A stretch of 64,000 nt of DNA. Origin: Octopus vulgaris (taxonomy: Eukaryota). Below, one piece after another: positions 13,073 to 26,234 of this stretch (position 1 is the stretch's first letter; every line of letters begins with the position of its first letter). The position numbers were made by a program, and so were the translations under genes. The stretch covers positions 171,306,001 to 171,370,000 of the forward strand of contig OX597817.1 of the NCBI GenBank assembly GCA_951406725.2, given 5' to 3'. Below the pieces are notes generated by a model. The model was not told where the DNA came from. It did no database searches and saw only the letters and a list, made by a program, of their open reading frames with translations.

Positions 13073-14375
13073 ATTTTTTTTATTTTATCTAGTTTCAGCT
13101 CACGAGCTGTGGCCATGCTGGGGCACCGCCATATATATATATATATGTATGTATATATATATATACACATTTAGATGCAGTAATGCTGTGTGGTAAAAAA
13201 ATTTGCTTCCTAAACACTTGGTTCTGGGTTCTGTACCACTACGTGGCTGGCACTCTGGCCAAATGTCTTCTATGGCTCAAAGCTGACCAAAGAAAGTGGA
13301 TTTGCTTTAGTAGACTGTATGAAGCTCAGCATCATCATCATCATCATAATTTAATGTCTGTTGTCCATGCTGGCTTGGGGTGGACAATTTTACCAGAGCT
13401 GGCAAGTTGGGGAGCTGCACCAAACTCCAGTCTAATTTGGCATGCTTTGATGTGGCATCACACGGGTGTATTTATGCGGCACTGCATAGGTGCATTTATG
13501 CAGCATTACCACCAGTGCTATATATATATATCACCATCATCATTTAACATCCGTTGTCCATGCTGGCATGGGTTGGACGGTTTGACTGAAAACTGGTAAG
13601 CTGCCAAGGCTCCACCAGGTTCCAGTCTGATTTGGCAGGGTTTCTACGGCTGTATGCCCTTCCTAATGCCAACCAATTTATCAAAACTGTGTATACGTGT
13701 CAGCATATATCTATGCGTATATAAGTGTGTGCATGTTGATTTTTGTATGTGTCTATCTTGATATTGATACCATTTTAAAAATGGCATCCGTGTTTGTCCC
13801 ATAAGTTAATGGAACAAAACAGTAGGAATCACTCAGAGAGTATCAGCCTTAGAAAAAAGGACTTGGGTCCATATGAATGACTACAACCTTTCAAGGGTTG
13901 CTCCAGTATGGCCATAGTCCAATGAAAGAAACATATAAAGGAACAATTCTACCTTGGATTAATATCTTCTCCTACAGCCCCAGGATGACCAATGCCTTTT
14001 GGTCAGTACAAAACCAACTGTATGTATGTATGTACATATGCATGTAAAAGACCTCCTTTGGTCATGAATGACCATGGGTTTGCACCTAGAAAATTACCCT
14101 CTGAGGCACAAGTCCCGGCAAGGTTGTTTATGGAAAACCAGCAGTTGCCCATGGCATACCAGGCTCCCTTCTCTATGCCATGAATGTTATCCAAGGGAGC
14201 AAAGTGAAATAAAATGTCTTGCTCAAGAACACAACACACAGGCCAGTCCAGGAATCGAACTCACTACCTCATGATTGTGAGCCCAATGACCTAACCATTG
14301 AGCAATGCACTTTCTCACTAAGCCATGCACCTTCGTATGTATGTATGTATGTATGTATGTATGTATGTATGTATG

Positions 14376-14406
<31 letters not shown>

Positions 14407-14574
14407 TTCAGTTTTATTTCAAAATTTCTTGCCAAGAAACAACGATCCAGTTTGTAAGTTAAATCCAAGGCTCCTTCATTGAAATTTCAATATCAACAGA
14501 GTATTTGTGTATGTATTTGTGTGCAGTATTTGCAGTCTGTGCACGTACGTTTTTCATAGGGTTGTTCCGATGGC

Positions 14575-14640
14575 TGGATAACTGAAGAGATGGCGGCGTG
14601 AATTTCCACCTCGGCATCTGAAACTCGGAGTTTTATCTTG
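14575..14640 (+). ncRNA. Minimal type-I hammerhead-ribozyme-like motif
   Basis: ggataa-CTGAAGA-stem II(gatggcggcgtg...cacctcggcatct)-GAAA-ctcggag-TT-ttatct. Stem I ggataa/ttatct; stem II register is one base short of canonical. Confidence 0.6.
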
Positions 14641-14660
14641 ACTACCGAGTAATGTAACAT

Positions 14661-14706
<46 letters not shown>

Positions 14707-15167
14707 CACACACACACCTGCACACAATGACATTTGAACAGTCAATCAAATACCCACTAATCAATCTCCATTCATTCAACCACTGTGACGAATCTAAGCT
14801 CCAAAATAACAGGCAGGGTTTGTAGAATCATTTGAGTTTTCGCTTTTATTTTGTTTTGTTGTGCTTGAGTTTTTTATTTTTATTTCTTTTTGTTTTTGTT
14901 ACTTCTCTGTTTCTTCGAATCCCCACCACCCCATGCAAGCGATATTCCGCAGGTCATGTGAAATTTAAAAGTTTCAATGTATAAGCATGTTTGTTGTCTT
15001 AGCCTCCTGGTCAAACCTGATCAGGCAGACCTCTACTCAAAACGGCATTTCACCTTTGATCTTATATGGTTTTTTTTATGTTTCTATATATTAAGATATT
15101 GTTTCACAAGATGAGTTACTTATTTATATTCAGATTTGTCTTTTTGTATTCATACATATAATATTTT

Positions 15168-15585
15168 GGCGATCTTTCGTCTCTCGTAGACCTTTCCGTC
15201 GATTTCCGTAAAAATATTTTTTTTTTTTACATATGGGCTTGCGGGAACTTTTGAAGTAATATACATACATATACACATACACCGAGTAAAAAATTTCAGT
15301 TATCTCTTTCTTTCACACATTACTCTGCCTCTTCACACACACTAACAGAAGCACTTCACTTACACAACATACTGTCTGTCTCCCACACCCCATCAAACAC
15401 ACACACATGTACATCAATGCTTCCCCTGGACGGTAACTTCAAAAGAACTTCCCTCGTCATACAATCGCTTTTTCTTAGTCTCTTTCACTCTCATTACTTC
15501 AAAAGTTCCCGCAAGCCCATATGTAAAAAACAAAAGATTTTCTACGGAAATCGACGGAAAGGTCTACTAGAGACGAAAGATTGCC
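15168..15585. mobile_element. MITE with ~90-bp TIRs and 8-bp TSD (Merlin-like)
   Basis: ggcgatctttcgtctctcgtagacctttccgtcgatttccgta... is mirrored at the right end; aatatttt is duplicated at 15160-15167 and 15586-15593. GG termini plus an 8-bp TSD fit Merlin. Confidence 0.85.
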
Positions 15586-16127
15586 AATATTTTTATATTG
15601 TCTTCCCTTTTTGGTGAAGGGGCAAGTTCACATCCCCCCATCATCATCATCATTTTAACATCCACTTTGCCGTACTCGCATGGGTCAGATGGAATTTGTT
15701 GCACATGCCTACAGACAGATGCTCTTCCTGTGGCCAACCGTCATTTCTTTCCAAGGAAAGAAATATTCCCACCACCACATAACTGGACATGTTTTCACAG
15801 AATGGAAATGAAGGAAGCTGCTAGCAGGATGATCACACACACTCACAAATTACATATGATGGGTTTCTTTCAGTTTCCGTCTATCAGATCCATACACAAG
15901 GAATTGGTCGACCTGGGGCAAAAATAGAAAACGCTTGCACAAAGTGCCATAGAGTGGGGACTGAACCCGAAACTATGTGGTTGGAAAGCAAATTTCTTAC
16001 CGCACAGCCAGCATCTAAACAAAAACGAAAGAGTTTTAACTATCATTTCTACCAGGTCGATGGACCACATAGAGTCTTTCTTGTAAGTTCCGAGAGACAG
16101 AGAGAGAGAGAGAGAGATGGCGAATGA

Positions 16128-16321
16128 TAGAGGGGTGGCGGAGAGGGTAAACATGGAGGTGGGAGATGTCCTGGCTAGAGGGGTGGTGGAGAGGGTAAAC
16201 ATGGAGGTGGGAGATGTCCTGGCTAGAGGGGTGGTGGAGAGGGTAAACATGGAGGTGGGAGATGTCCTGGCTAGAGGGGTGGCGGAGAGGTTAAACATGG
16301 AGGTGGGAGATGTCCTGGCTA
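16128..16321. repeat. G-rich 48-bp minisatellite, 4 copies
   Basis: Unit tagaggggtgg(c/t)ggagagggtaaacatggaggtgggagatgtcctggc; explains the 16-aa periodic ORFs on both strands. Confidence 0.95.
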
Positions 16322-17286
16322 CTTTCAAAAAAAGATTTGAGGTGTAGAGAGTGAGGTGGATTACGATGCGGTCACTCGCCGACCCCACTCAGCCACCAAG
16401 GCAAGAAATGAAAAGGAAAAATAACAATATGATCTCATTCTCTAAAACTTTTAAATGGCAACGTAAAGAACAACAACAACAATAAAATGGACACGGCAAC
16501 AACAACAACAACAATACTGATTTGGATTTTGTAAACACACCGGCCACTAAATAAACGTATGTGTGTGTGAGTGCGTGCGTGTGTGTGTGTCTATATATAC
16601 ACACACACACACACAAGTTCTTGATTTCTGTGTATGTGCGCTTGTGTGTGTGTGTGTGTGTGCGCGTATATATACACACATACACACACACACACACACA
16701 CATACACACAAGTTCTTGATTTGTGTGTGTGTATGTGTGTGTGTGTGTGTCGATCTGTCAATGCATATGCGTTCATAGACTTGTGTGTGTGTTTATGTGT
16801 AGGTCTTTGAGTAGGTGTTTAGTAGGTACAAATTGGCATGTGTTTTGGCTTACCTTTTGATGGGAAGGGTTCAAAATAGTACAGACAGGAGAAAAAAAAG
16901 AGAGAAAGGGCAGAGAGAGAGAGAGAGAGACATAGAGAGGGGGAGGAGTGGAGAAATGGAGAATGAGGGAGGAAAAGGAAAAAAACACAATGTGAAGTAA
17001 AATGTTTTTTTATGTCCATAATAGTTAAGTTGGTATACAAACAAAAACAAAAATAGAGCAGGGGAAAAAATAGAAACAAAAAGAAAGACGGCAAAGCAAG
17101 AAAGAAAGAAAGAAAGGAGAAGAAAAGCAGAGAGGTGTGTGTGTGTGTGTATGTGAATGTGCTCTTACTCATGAGTGTGTGTTGTGTATTTTGCTATGAG
17201 TGTGATGTGCCTGTGTGTGTGTTTGTAGGTTGTGTGTGTGTTCATGAGCGTTGCTGTGTATTTGTACGTTGTGTGTGCATGCGTGC

Positions 17287-17336
<50 letters not shown>

Positions 17337-18055
17337 GTGTGTGTGTGTGTGCGTGTGTGTGTGCGTGTGATTGACTAAAGAAGTAAAGAGACCAGAAGGA
17401 GAAGTGGCGAAGAAAGAGAAGCGAGAACAATGTCCCAGTAAACAATAACGAACAGAAGATAAAAGAAAAGATGACGGAAAACGAAAGAAATAAAAGATAA
17501 GGAAAAGAACAGACTTAAGAGAGAGAGTGAAAGAGAGAGAGAGAGAGAGTGAGAGAGAGAGAGAAGACAATGGAGAGGGAGCGACATTGAGAAGCAGTGG
17601 AGGGTGGTGGGTTGGGAATTTCATGAGAAAAAGAAATTAAATAAACACAAAATTGTATAAAGAAAATGTGAAGTCACAAAATATATGGTGGTCGTTATCG
17701 TCTGCTTTCCATGCTTGCAGAGGTTGTTCGCTGAGACATGCTCCAACAGGTCAGAGAAACACATCTTGCTCTGGCGTCTGAGTCACGGAATGGCTTTTAG
17801 GGCTGGATGATGTTCCTAATGCCAACCATTTTATTATACGTGATATTTCCTGGCACCCGCACTAGTGAGGTCACCTTATGATTCGTAACTCACAAGACTT
17901 AAAGCTTCCTTGCCTGAGAGGAAGAGCAAAAGATATAGTGTTTACTAATGAAAGGAGTTCAGAAGTTAATATGTGATGGGAGATGTTAGTTGTGGAGGAG
18001 ATTCCAGATAACTTTGCATTTTACACACACACACACACATATATATATACACACA

Positions 18056-18958
18056 TGAAGAGGGTACCTTAAAGAAACCTGAACTTTGCAATATTATTTT
18101 ATTCTCTCGGTTTTACATGTTTACACTCTTATCGCCTTCAAAGGATTCTCCATTTGAAGCAACGTGTTGGTCCAGATTGTTTTCCACTGTTCGAAGCAGT
18201 GCTGGAACTCTTGCAAAGTGATGCTTTTTAACGCCTCTGCCATTTTTTTACTTTGCCTCTTCCACATCTGCAAATTCCTTAGCACCAGCTTTCGTCACCA
18301 GTGATGACCTTCGAAAAAGGTCCAGATCAATTTCCAACTGTTCCTACAATTCCCGACACACATTCAGTCATGATTGCTTTTGATCTTCCATGAGAAAGCA
18401 AGGAACAAATTTTGCTGCAACTCTTTTCATTTACAATTCTTCAAAGTTCGTTAGCAGGAGCTCCAAGACACATCCGTCATATCAACAAGTTTATCAATTG
18501 TTTGGTGATGGTCCTCTAAGATCAATTCATGAATTTTTACAATATTTTTCATTCGTTCGTCAGGTTGATAGATGCCCTGAACAAGTTTGGTTTTCAAGCG
18601 ACAAGTGGCCATTCCTAAAGCATGAAAACCACTTGCAAACTTGTATTTTGCTTATGGTAGTGTCCTTGTAAACTGTTAGAAGCATGACAGTCGTTTCAGC
18701 TGCCATTTTTCCCCAGCAGAAAAAATTTCATGAAAGCACGATGTTCCTTCATTTCAGCCATCGCATAAAATCGACGAACAGAGGAGAAGCACCGCAAAGT
18801 AAAGGATGCACCACGTGACAGAAAGACTACACTCAATGATGCCGGTTGGCATACTGATGCCTGAGGCTCGTATCAAGTGGTTTCTAGTGGCAGAAGCCTG
18901 AACTACAATAGGCTTGTCCCACAGCGAACGTTTCCGGTTACTTCTGGGTACCCCTTCA
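18056..18958 (-). mobile_element. Internally deleted mariner element with both TIRs
   Basis: TIRs tgaagagggtacc...gaac / gtttccggttacttctgggtaccccttca. Minus strand encodes MAEMKEHRAFMKF..., an ITGDESWC motif, then FADVEEAK...EFQHCFEQWK. Confidence 0.9.
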
Positions 18959-19482
18959 TATATATATCATCATCATCGTTTAACGTCCGTTCTCCATGCT
19001 AGCATGGGTTGGACGGTTCGACCGGGGTCTGGGAAGCCAGAAGGCTGCACCAGGCTCCAGTCTTATCTGGCAATGTTTCTACAGCTGGATGCCCTTCCTA
19101 ATGCCAACCACTCCGTGAGTGTAGTGGGTGCTTTTTACGTGAGAGTTAGAGGTTATGCAACCGTCTAAGGGATAAATGTATCCATAGGCACTATTGGTGT
19201 ATTACCTCACTATGTCTAGGCCTTGCCATAAGGTTAACAGTAGTTGGTAATTTAAATGGTAAACCACGGTTTAATATATTCAGATAAGAAAAGAAATGGA
19301 GCAACAGTTAACAATTAGAAGTTGATCATTGGTATTAAAAGGACATATAAAGTGAGCAAAAGTGTACGTACACTGTGAAGCATCCCTTTTTGCATTTCTG
19401 TAATATTATTTGCTTTTATTACTCCCTAACTTGATGGACATATAACAAGTTAGCCGACACTAAAAATCTGTAGTGAGACATG

Positions 19483-19548
19483 TCTTTATCAATGTACCTG
19501 ATGAGACCCTGACTGATGGGTTGGAACATATTTTGTACTCAATAAAGA
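19483..19548 (+). ncRNA. Degenerate type-I hammerhead-ribozyme-like motif
   Basis: gtac-CTGATGA-gaccc/gggtt stem II-GGAA (GAAA variant)-catatt-TT-gtac. Stem I extends via tctttat/ataaaga; AATAAA overlaps the 3' arm. Confidence 0.55.
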
Positions 19549-19740
19549 TTTAATAGCGAATCCATCTCCTGTTAATTAATATTATTACACTAACTGCCAC
19601 AGCAGAGCTCCTGAAGAAGATCCAACAAGTGTACAACAATTGTGGATGACAACAGGTAGCCTAAACTGTACCAGTGCTCTACTCAACATATAAAAACACT
19701 AATCAACCTTATGCGTATTTGTCCAAATTATTTATTATCA

Positions 19741-19902
19741 GGTGCAGGAGTGGCTGTGTGGTAAGTAGCTTGCTTACCAACCACATGGTTCCGGGTTCAG
19801 TCCCACTGCGTGGCATCTTGGGCAAGTGTCTTCTGCTATAGCCCCGGGCCGACCAATGCCTTGTGAGTGGATTTGGTAGACGGAAGCTGAAAGAAGCCTA
19901 TC

Positions 19903-19964
<62 letters not shown>

Positions 19965-20170
19965 ATATATATGTGTGTGTGTTTGTGTGTCTGTGTTTGT
20001 CCCCCTAGCATTGCTTGACAACCGATGCTGGTGTGTTTATGTCCCCGTCTCTTAGCGGTTCAGCAAAAGAGACCGATAGAATAAGTCAGTACTTATTCGA
20101 TCGATCGACTAAAGGCGGTGCTCCAGCATGGCCGCAGTCAAATGACTGAAACAAGTAAAAGAGTAAAGAG
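19741..20170 (+). mobile_element. Major tRNA-derived CORE-like SINE with internal (TA)n/(GT)n tract
   Basis: ggtgcaggagtggctgtgtggtaag...gggttcagtccc head, ttgggcaagtg core, gactgaaacaagtaaaagag tail. More than 10 copies in the window. Confidence 0.9.
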
Positions 20171-21397
20171 AGAGAAGAATATTATTATTATTATTATTAT
20201 TATTATTAAGGATTATTAAAGCAGTGAGCAGGCAGAAACATTTGCATATTTTGCAAAATGCTTAGCAGCATTTCATCCTTCTTTACGTTCCGAATTCAAA
20301 TTCCGTGGAAGGTCAACCTTGTCTTTCATCCTTTCAAGATCAATAAATTAAGTACCAGTGAAACACTGGGGTCAATGTAATCAACTTGTCCCCCTCTCCC
20401 AAAATTTCAGGCCTTGTGCCTTTACCAAGAAGGATTGTTGTTGTTGTTGTTGTTAACTCATAACTGTTTTTTTTTCCTTTTCTTTTTTTTTGTTTTCGAA
20501 AATGGAAGCTCTATAATTTCATACATCTTCGAATGTGTGAAGCTAGCAGATGATTTGTTGACAGGAGGAACAACTACAGCAGCACTGCTCGTAGCTTGCA
20601 ATTTTCACAGAGTGCAAATGAAAACAAACACACAGACACAACACAGACACAACACAGACACACACAGACACACACACACACATGAATATATGCCAAAGCA
20701 GCCAGTAGAGTTTGGCATAGTCCTCCGGCTCAGAAGCTCCTGTCAAACCATCCAACCCATTCCAGCATGCAAACCAGATATCAAATGATGATGATGCTTA
20801 TGATGACAATGATGACAATGGTATATTTTCAATGGGCTCCTTTCAGTTCCCTCCACCAAATCCTACTAACAAGGACTTGGTGGGCGCGAGGTTATAGTAG
20901 GAGCCACTTGCTTAAACGTTTCACACAGTGGAACTGAACCTGAGACTCCTGTGGTTGGGATGCAAAATTCATAACCACCAGCCATGCCGCACACACAGAG
21001 ATAAATAAATGGAGACAAAGAAAAGCTAATAAACAAAGGAAGCTAGAGACCAGGTGAATTAATATGAAGTATGCAGCACTTGGCACACTCCCAATTTCTA
21101 GTAAATTGGCTACGATGAAAGCTAAGCTGAAAAGCAAAAAGAAAAACCAAATCAAACATGAAAAACAAACGTCTATACGCTAGTTCTAGAAGGCAAGAAG
21201 TGGATTCACAAAAACCCACACAAAATTGAGAACGAAAGAAGAAAATAGCAGAAAGAAGAAATCCATGGTGCTTAGAGACATCACCCTTCACTCCATACTA
21301 CATTATTCAAAAATACTGATATCTTTACTTTATTAAGTTATTTCTGTATTAGTTTGTTTTCCAGTAAAGAGGCCTTTTACAAATGATGCATCTGTCT

Positions 21398-24300
21398 TAT
21401 TTCTTTATTGCCCACAAGGGGGCTAAACATAGAGGGGACAAACAAGGACAGACAAATGGATTAAGTCGATTACATCGACCCCAGTGCGTAACTGGTACTT
21501 AATTTATCAACCCCAAAAGGATGAAAGGCAAAGTCGACCTCGGCTGAATTTGAACTCAGAATGTAGAGGCAGACGAAATACCTATTTCTTTATTACCCAC
21601 AAGGGGCTAAACATAGAGGGGACAAACAAGGACAGACAAATGGATTAAGTCGATTACATCGACCCCAGTGCGTAACTGGTACTTAATTTATCAATCCCAA
21701 AAGGATGAAAGGCAAAGTCGACCTCGGCTGAATTTGAACTCAGAATGTAGAGGCAGACGAAATACCTATTTCTTTATTACCCACAAGGGGCTAAACACAG
21801 AGGGGACAAACAAGGACAGACAAATGGATTAAGTCGATTACATCGACCCCAGTGCGTAACTGGTACTTAATTTATCAATCCCAAAAGGATGAAAGGCAAA
21901 GTCGACCTCGGCTGAATTTGAACTCAGAATGTAGAGGCAGACGAAATACCTATTTCTTTATTACCCACAAGGGGCTAAACACAGAGGGGACAAACAAGGA
22001 CAGACAAATGGATTAAGTCGATTACATCGACCCCAGTGCGTAACTGGTACTTAATTTATCAATCCCAAAAGGATGAAAGGCAAAGTCGACCTCGGCTGAA
22101 TTTGAACTCAGAATGTAGAGGCAGACGAAATACCTATTTCTTTATTACCCACAAGGGGCTAAACACAGAGGGGACAAACAAGGACAGACAAATGGATTAA
22201 GTCGATTACATCGACCCCAGTGCGTAACTGGTACTTAATTTATCAATCCCAAAAGGATGAAAGGCAAAGTCGACCTCGGCTGAATTTGAACTCAGAATGT
22301 AGAGGCAGACGAAATACCTATTTCTTTATTACCCACAAGGGGCTAAACACAGAGGGGACAAACAAGGACAGACAAATGGATTAAGTCGATTACATCGACC
22401 CCAGTGCGTAACTGGTACTTAATTTATCAATCCCAAAAGGATGAAAGGCAAAGTCGACCTCGGCTGAATTTGAACTCAGAATGTAGAGGCAGACGAAATA
22501 CCTATTTCTTTATTACCCACAAGGGGCTAAACACAGAGGGGACAAACAAGGACAGACAAATGGATTAAGTCGATTACATCGACCCCAGTGCGTAACTGGT
22601 ACTTAATTTATCAATCCCAAAAGGATGAAAGGCAAAGTCGACCTCGGCTGAATTTGAACTCAGAATGTAGAGGCAGACGAAATACCTATTTCTTTATTAC
22701 CCACAAGGGGCTAAACACAGAGGGGACAAACAAGGACAGACAAATGGATTAAGTCGATTACATCGACCCCAGTGCGTAACTGGTACTTAATTTATCAATC
22801 CCAAAAAGATGAAAGGCAAAGTCGACCTCGGCTGAAGTTGAACTCAGAATGTAGAGGCAGACGAAATACCTATTTCTTTATTACCCACAAGGGGCTAAAC
22901 ACAGAGGGGACAAACAAGGACAGACAAATGGATTAAGTCGATTACATCGACCCCAGTGCGTAACTGGTACTTAATTTATCAATCCCAAAAGGATGAAAGG
23001 CAAAGTCGACCTCGGCTGAATTTGAACTCAGAATGTAGAGGCAGACGAAATACCTATTTCTTTATTACCCACAAGGGGCTAAACACAGAGGGGACAAACA
23101 AGGACAGACAAATGGATTAAGTCGATTACATCGACCCCAGTGCGTAACTGGTACTTAATTTATCAATCCCAAAAGGATGAAAGGCAAAGTCGACCTCGGC
23201 TGAATTTGAACTCAGAATGTAGAGGCAGACGAAATACCTATTTCTTTATTACCCACAAGGGGCTAAACACAGAGGGGACAAACAAGGACAGACAAATGGA
23301 TTAAGTCGATTACATGGACCCCAGTGCGTAACTGGTACTTAATTTATCAATCCCAAAAGGATGAAAGGCAAAGTCGACCTCGGCTGAATTTGAACTCAGA
23401 ATGTAGAGGCAGACGAAATACCTATTTCTTTATTACCCACAAGGGGCTAAACACAGAGGGGACAAACAAGGACAGACAAATGGATTAAGTCGATTACATC
23501 GACCCCAGTACGTAACTGGTACTTAATTTATCAATCCCAAAAGGATGAAAGGCAAAGTCGATCGGCTGAATTTGAACTCAGAATGTAGAGGCAGACGAAA
23601 TACCTATTTCTTTATTACCCACAAGGGGCTAAACACAGAGGGGACAAACAAGGACAGACAAATGGATTAAGTCGATTACATCGACCCCAGTGCGTAACTG
23701 GTACTTAATTTATCAATCCCAAAAGGATGAAAGGCAAAGTCGACCTCGGCTGAATTTGAACTCAGAATGTAGAGGCAGACGAAATACCTATTTCTTTATT
23801 ACCCACAAGGGGCTAAACACAGAGGGGACAAACAAGGACAGACAAATGGATTAAGTCGATTACATCGACCCCAGTGCGTAACTGGTACTTAATTTATCAA
23901 TCCCAAAAGGATGAAAGGCAAAGTCGACCTCGGCTGAATTTGAACTCAGAATGTAGAGGCAGACGAAATACCTATTTCTTTATTACCCACAAGGGGCTAA
24001 ACACAGAGGGGACAAACAAGGACAGACAAATGGATTAAGTCGATTACATCGACCCCAGTGCGTAACTGGTACTTAATTTATCAATCCCAAAAGGATGAAA
24101 GGCAAAGTCGACCTCGGCTGAATTTGAACTCAGAATGTAGAGGCAGACGAAATACCTATTTCTTTATTACCCACAAGGGGCTAAACACAGAGGGGACAAA
24201 CAAGGACAGACAAATGGATTAAGTCGATTACATCGACCCCAGTACGTAACTGGTACTTAATTTATCAATCCCAAAAGGATGAAAGGCAAAGTCGATCGGC

Positions 24301-25489
24301 TGAATTTGAACTCAGAATGTAGAGGCAGACGAAATACCTATTTCTTTATTACCCACAAGGGGCTAAACACAGAGGGGACAAACAAGGACAGACAAATGGA
24401 TTAAGTCGATTACATCGACCCCAGTGCGTAACTGGTACTTAATTTATCAATCCCAAAAGGATGAAAGGCAAAGTCGACCTCGGCTGAATTTGAACTCAGA
24501 ATGTAGAGGCAGACGAAATACCTATTTCTTTATTACCCACAAGGGGCTAAACACAGAGGGGACAAACAAGGACAGACAAATGGATTAAGTCGATTACATC
24601 GACCCCAGTGCGTAACTGGTACTTAATTTATCAACCCCAAAAGGATGAAAGGCAAAGTTGACCTCGGCTGAATTTGAACTCAGAATGTAGAGGCAGATGA
24701 AATACCTATTTCTTTATTACCCACAAGGGGCTAAACACAGAGAGGACAAACAAGGACAGACAAACGGATTAAGTCGATTACATCGACCCCAGTGCGTAAC
24801 TGGTACTTAATTTATCAACCCCAAAAGGATGAAAGGCAAAGTCGACCTCGGCTGAATTTGAACTCAGAATGTAGAGGCAGACGAAATACCTATTTCTTTA
24901 TTACCCACAAGGGGCTAAACATAGAGGGGACAAACAAGGACAGACAAAGGGATTAAGTCGATTACATCAACCCCAGTGCGTAACTGGTACTTAATTTATC
25001 AACCCCAAAAGGATGAAAGGCAAAGTCGACCTCGGCTGAATTTGAACTCAGAATGTAGAGGCAGATGAAATACCTATTTCTTTATTACCCACAAGGGGCT
25101 AAACATAGAGGGGACAAACAAGGACAGACAAAGGGATTAAGTCGATTACATCAACCCCAGTGCGTAACTGGTACTTAATTTATCAACCCCAAAAGGATGA
25201 AAGGCAAAGTCGACCTCGGCTGAATTTGAACTCAGAATGTAGAGGCAGACGAAATACCTATTTCTTTATTACCCACAAGGGGCTAAACACAGAGCGGACA
25301 AACAAGGACAGACATAGGTATTAAGTCGATTACATCGACCCCAGTGCGTAACTGGTACTTAATTTATCGACCCCAAAAGGATGAAAGGCAAAGTCGACCT
25401 CGGCTGAATTTGAACTCAGAATGTAGCGGCAGACGAAATACCGCTAAGCATTTCGCCCGGCGTGCTGACATTTCCGCCAGCTTGTTGTC
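21398..25489 (-). repeat. Tandem array of 22 x 184-bp units derived from a Meta-type tRNA SINE
   Basis: The marker cggctgaatt recurs at 21541, 21725, 21909 ... 25401. Only the last unit carries the full SINE head (25443-25489). tctgtct flanks both ends (21391-21397, 25490-25496). Confidence 0.95.
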
Positions 25490-26133
25490 TCTGTCTGTCT
25501 ATCTATCAATCCTAAAACCAAGGTGCTACATAAAAAGCAGTGGTGTGGATGCTAGTGCAACATAAAAAGCACTGGTATTGGTATCATGTTAAATGCACTG
25601 GTGATGGTGCCACTTAAAAAAGCACCCAGTACACTCTGTAAAGTGATTGGCATTAAGAAGGACATCCAGCTATAGAAACCTAGCCAAAACAGACTATGAA
25701 AGGAGGTGTGGCCCCAGACCTTGCCAGTTCCTGTCAAGCCATCCAACCTATGCCAGCATGGAAAATGGATGTTAAATTTTGACGATGTTGATGATACATA
25801 TATCATCATCATCATCGTTTAACGTCTGTTCTCCATGCTAGCATGGGTTGGACGGTTCGACCGGGGTTCTGGGAAGCCAGAAGGCTGCACCAGGCTCCAG
25901 TCTAATCTGGCAATGTTTCTACAGCTGGATGCCCTTCCTAACGCCAACCACTCCGTGAGTGTAGTGGGTGCTTTTTACGTGCCACCTGCACAGGTGCCAG
26001 GCGGGGCTGGCAACGGCCACGGTCAGATTGGTGTATTTTATGTGCCACCGGCACGGAAGCCAGTCGAGGCGGTGCTGGCATCAGCCACGAGTCGGATAGT
26101 GCTTTATATATATATATATATAATTTTTTTTCA

Positions 26134-26234
26134 GAATGAGATAAAAAACCAAGGCTGTGAAGATTTTAGACTATTTATAAATAAAAGGTCTAAATGTTCT
26201 AAAATCTTCGCAGCCTTGGTTTTTTAACTTATTC
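26134..26234. repeat. Short palindromic element (37-bp arms) between TA tracts
   Basis: aaaaaaccaaggctgtgaagattttaga / tctaaaatcttcgcagccttggtttttt. Confidence 0.85.

Noticed and set aside
15870-16388. 172-aa ORF with 16-aa repeats
   Set aside because: Starts at GTG, is built from the 48-bp VNTR and a (CT)n tract, and ends in a SINE.
21398-25489. 184-bp array as a CRISPR array, 5S rDNA cluster or hammerhead retrozyme
   Set aside because: No unique spacers or cas genes, no 5S similarity, and no CUGANGA core on either strand of the unit. The unit is clearly a piece of the dispersed SINE.
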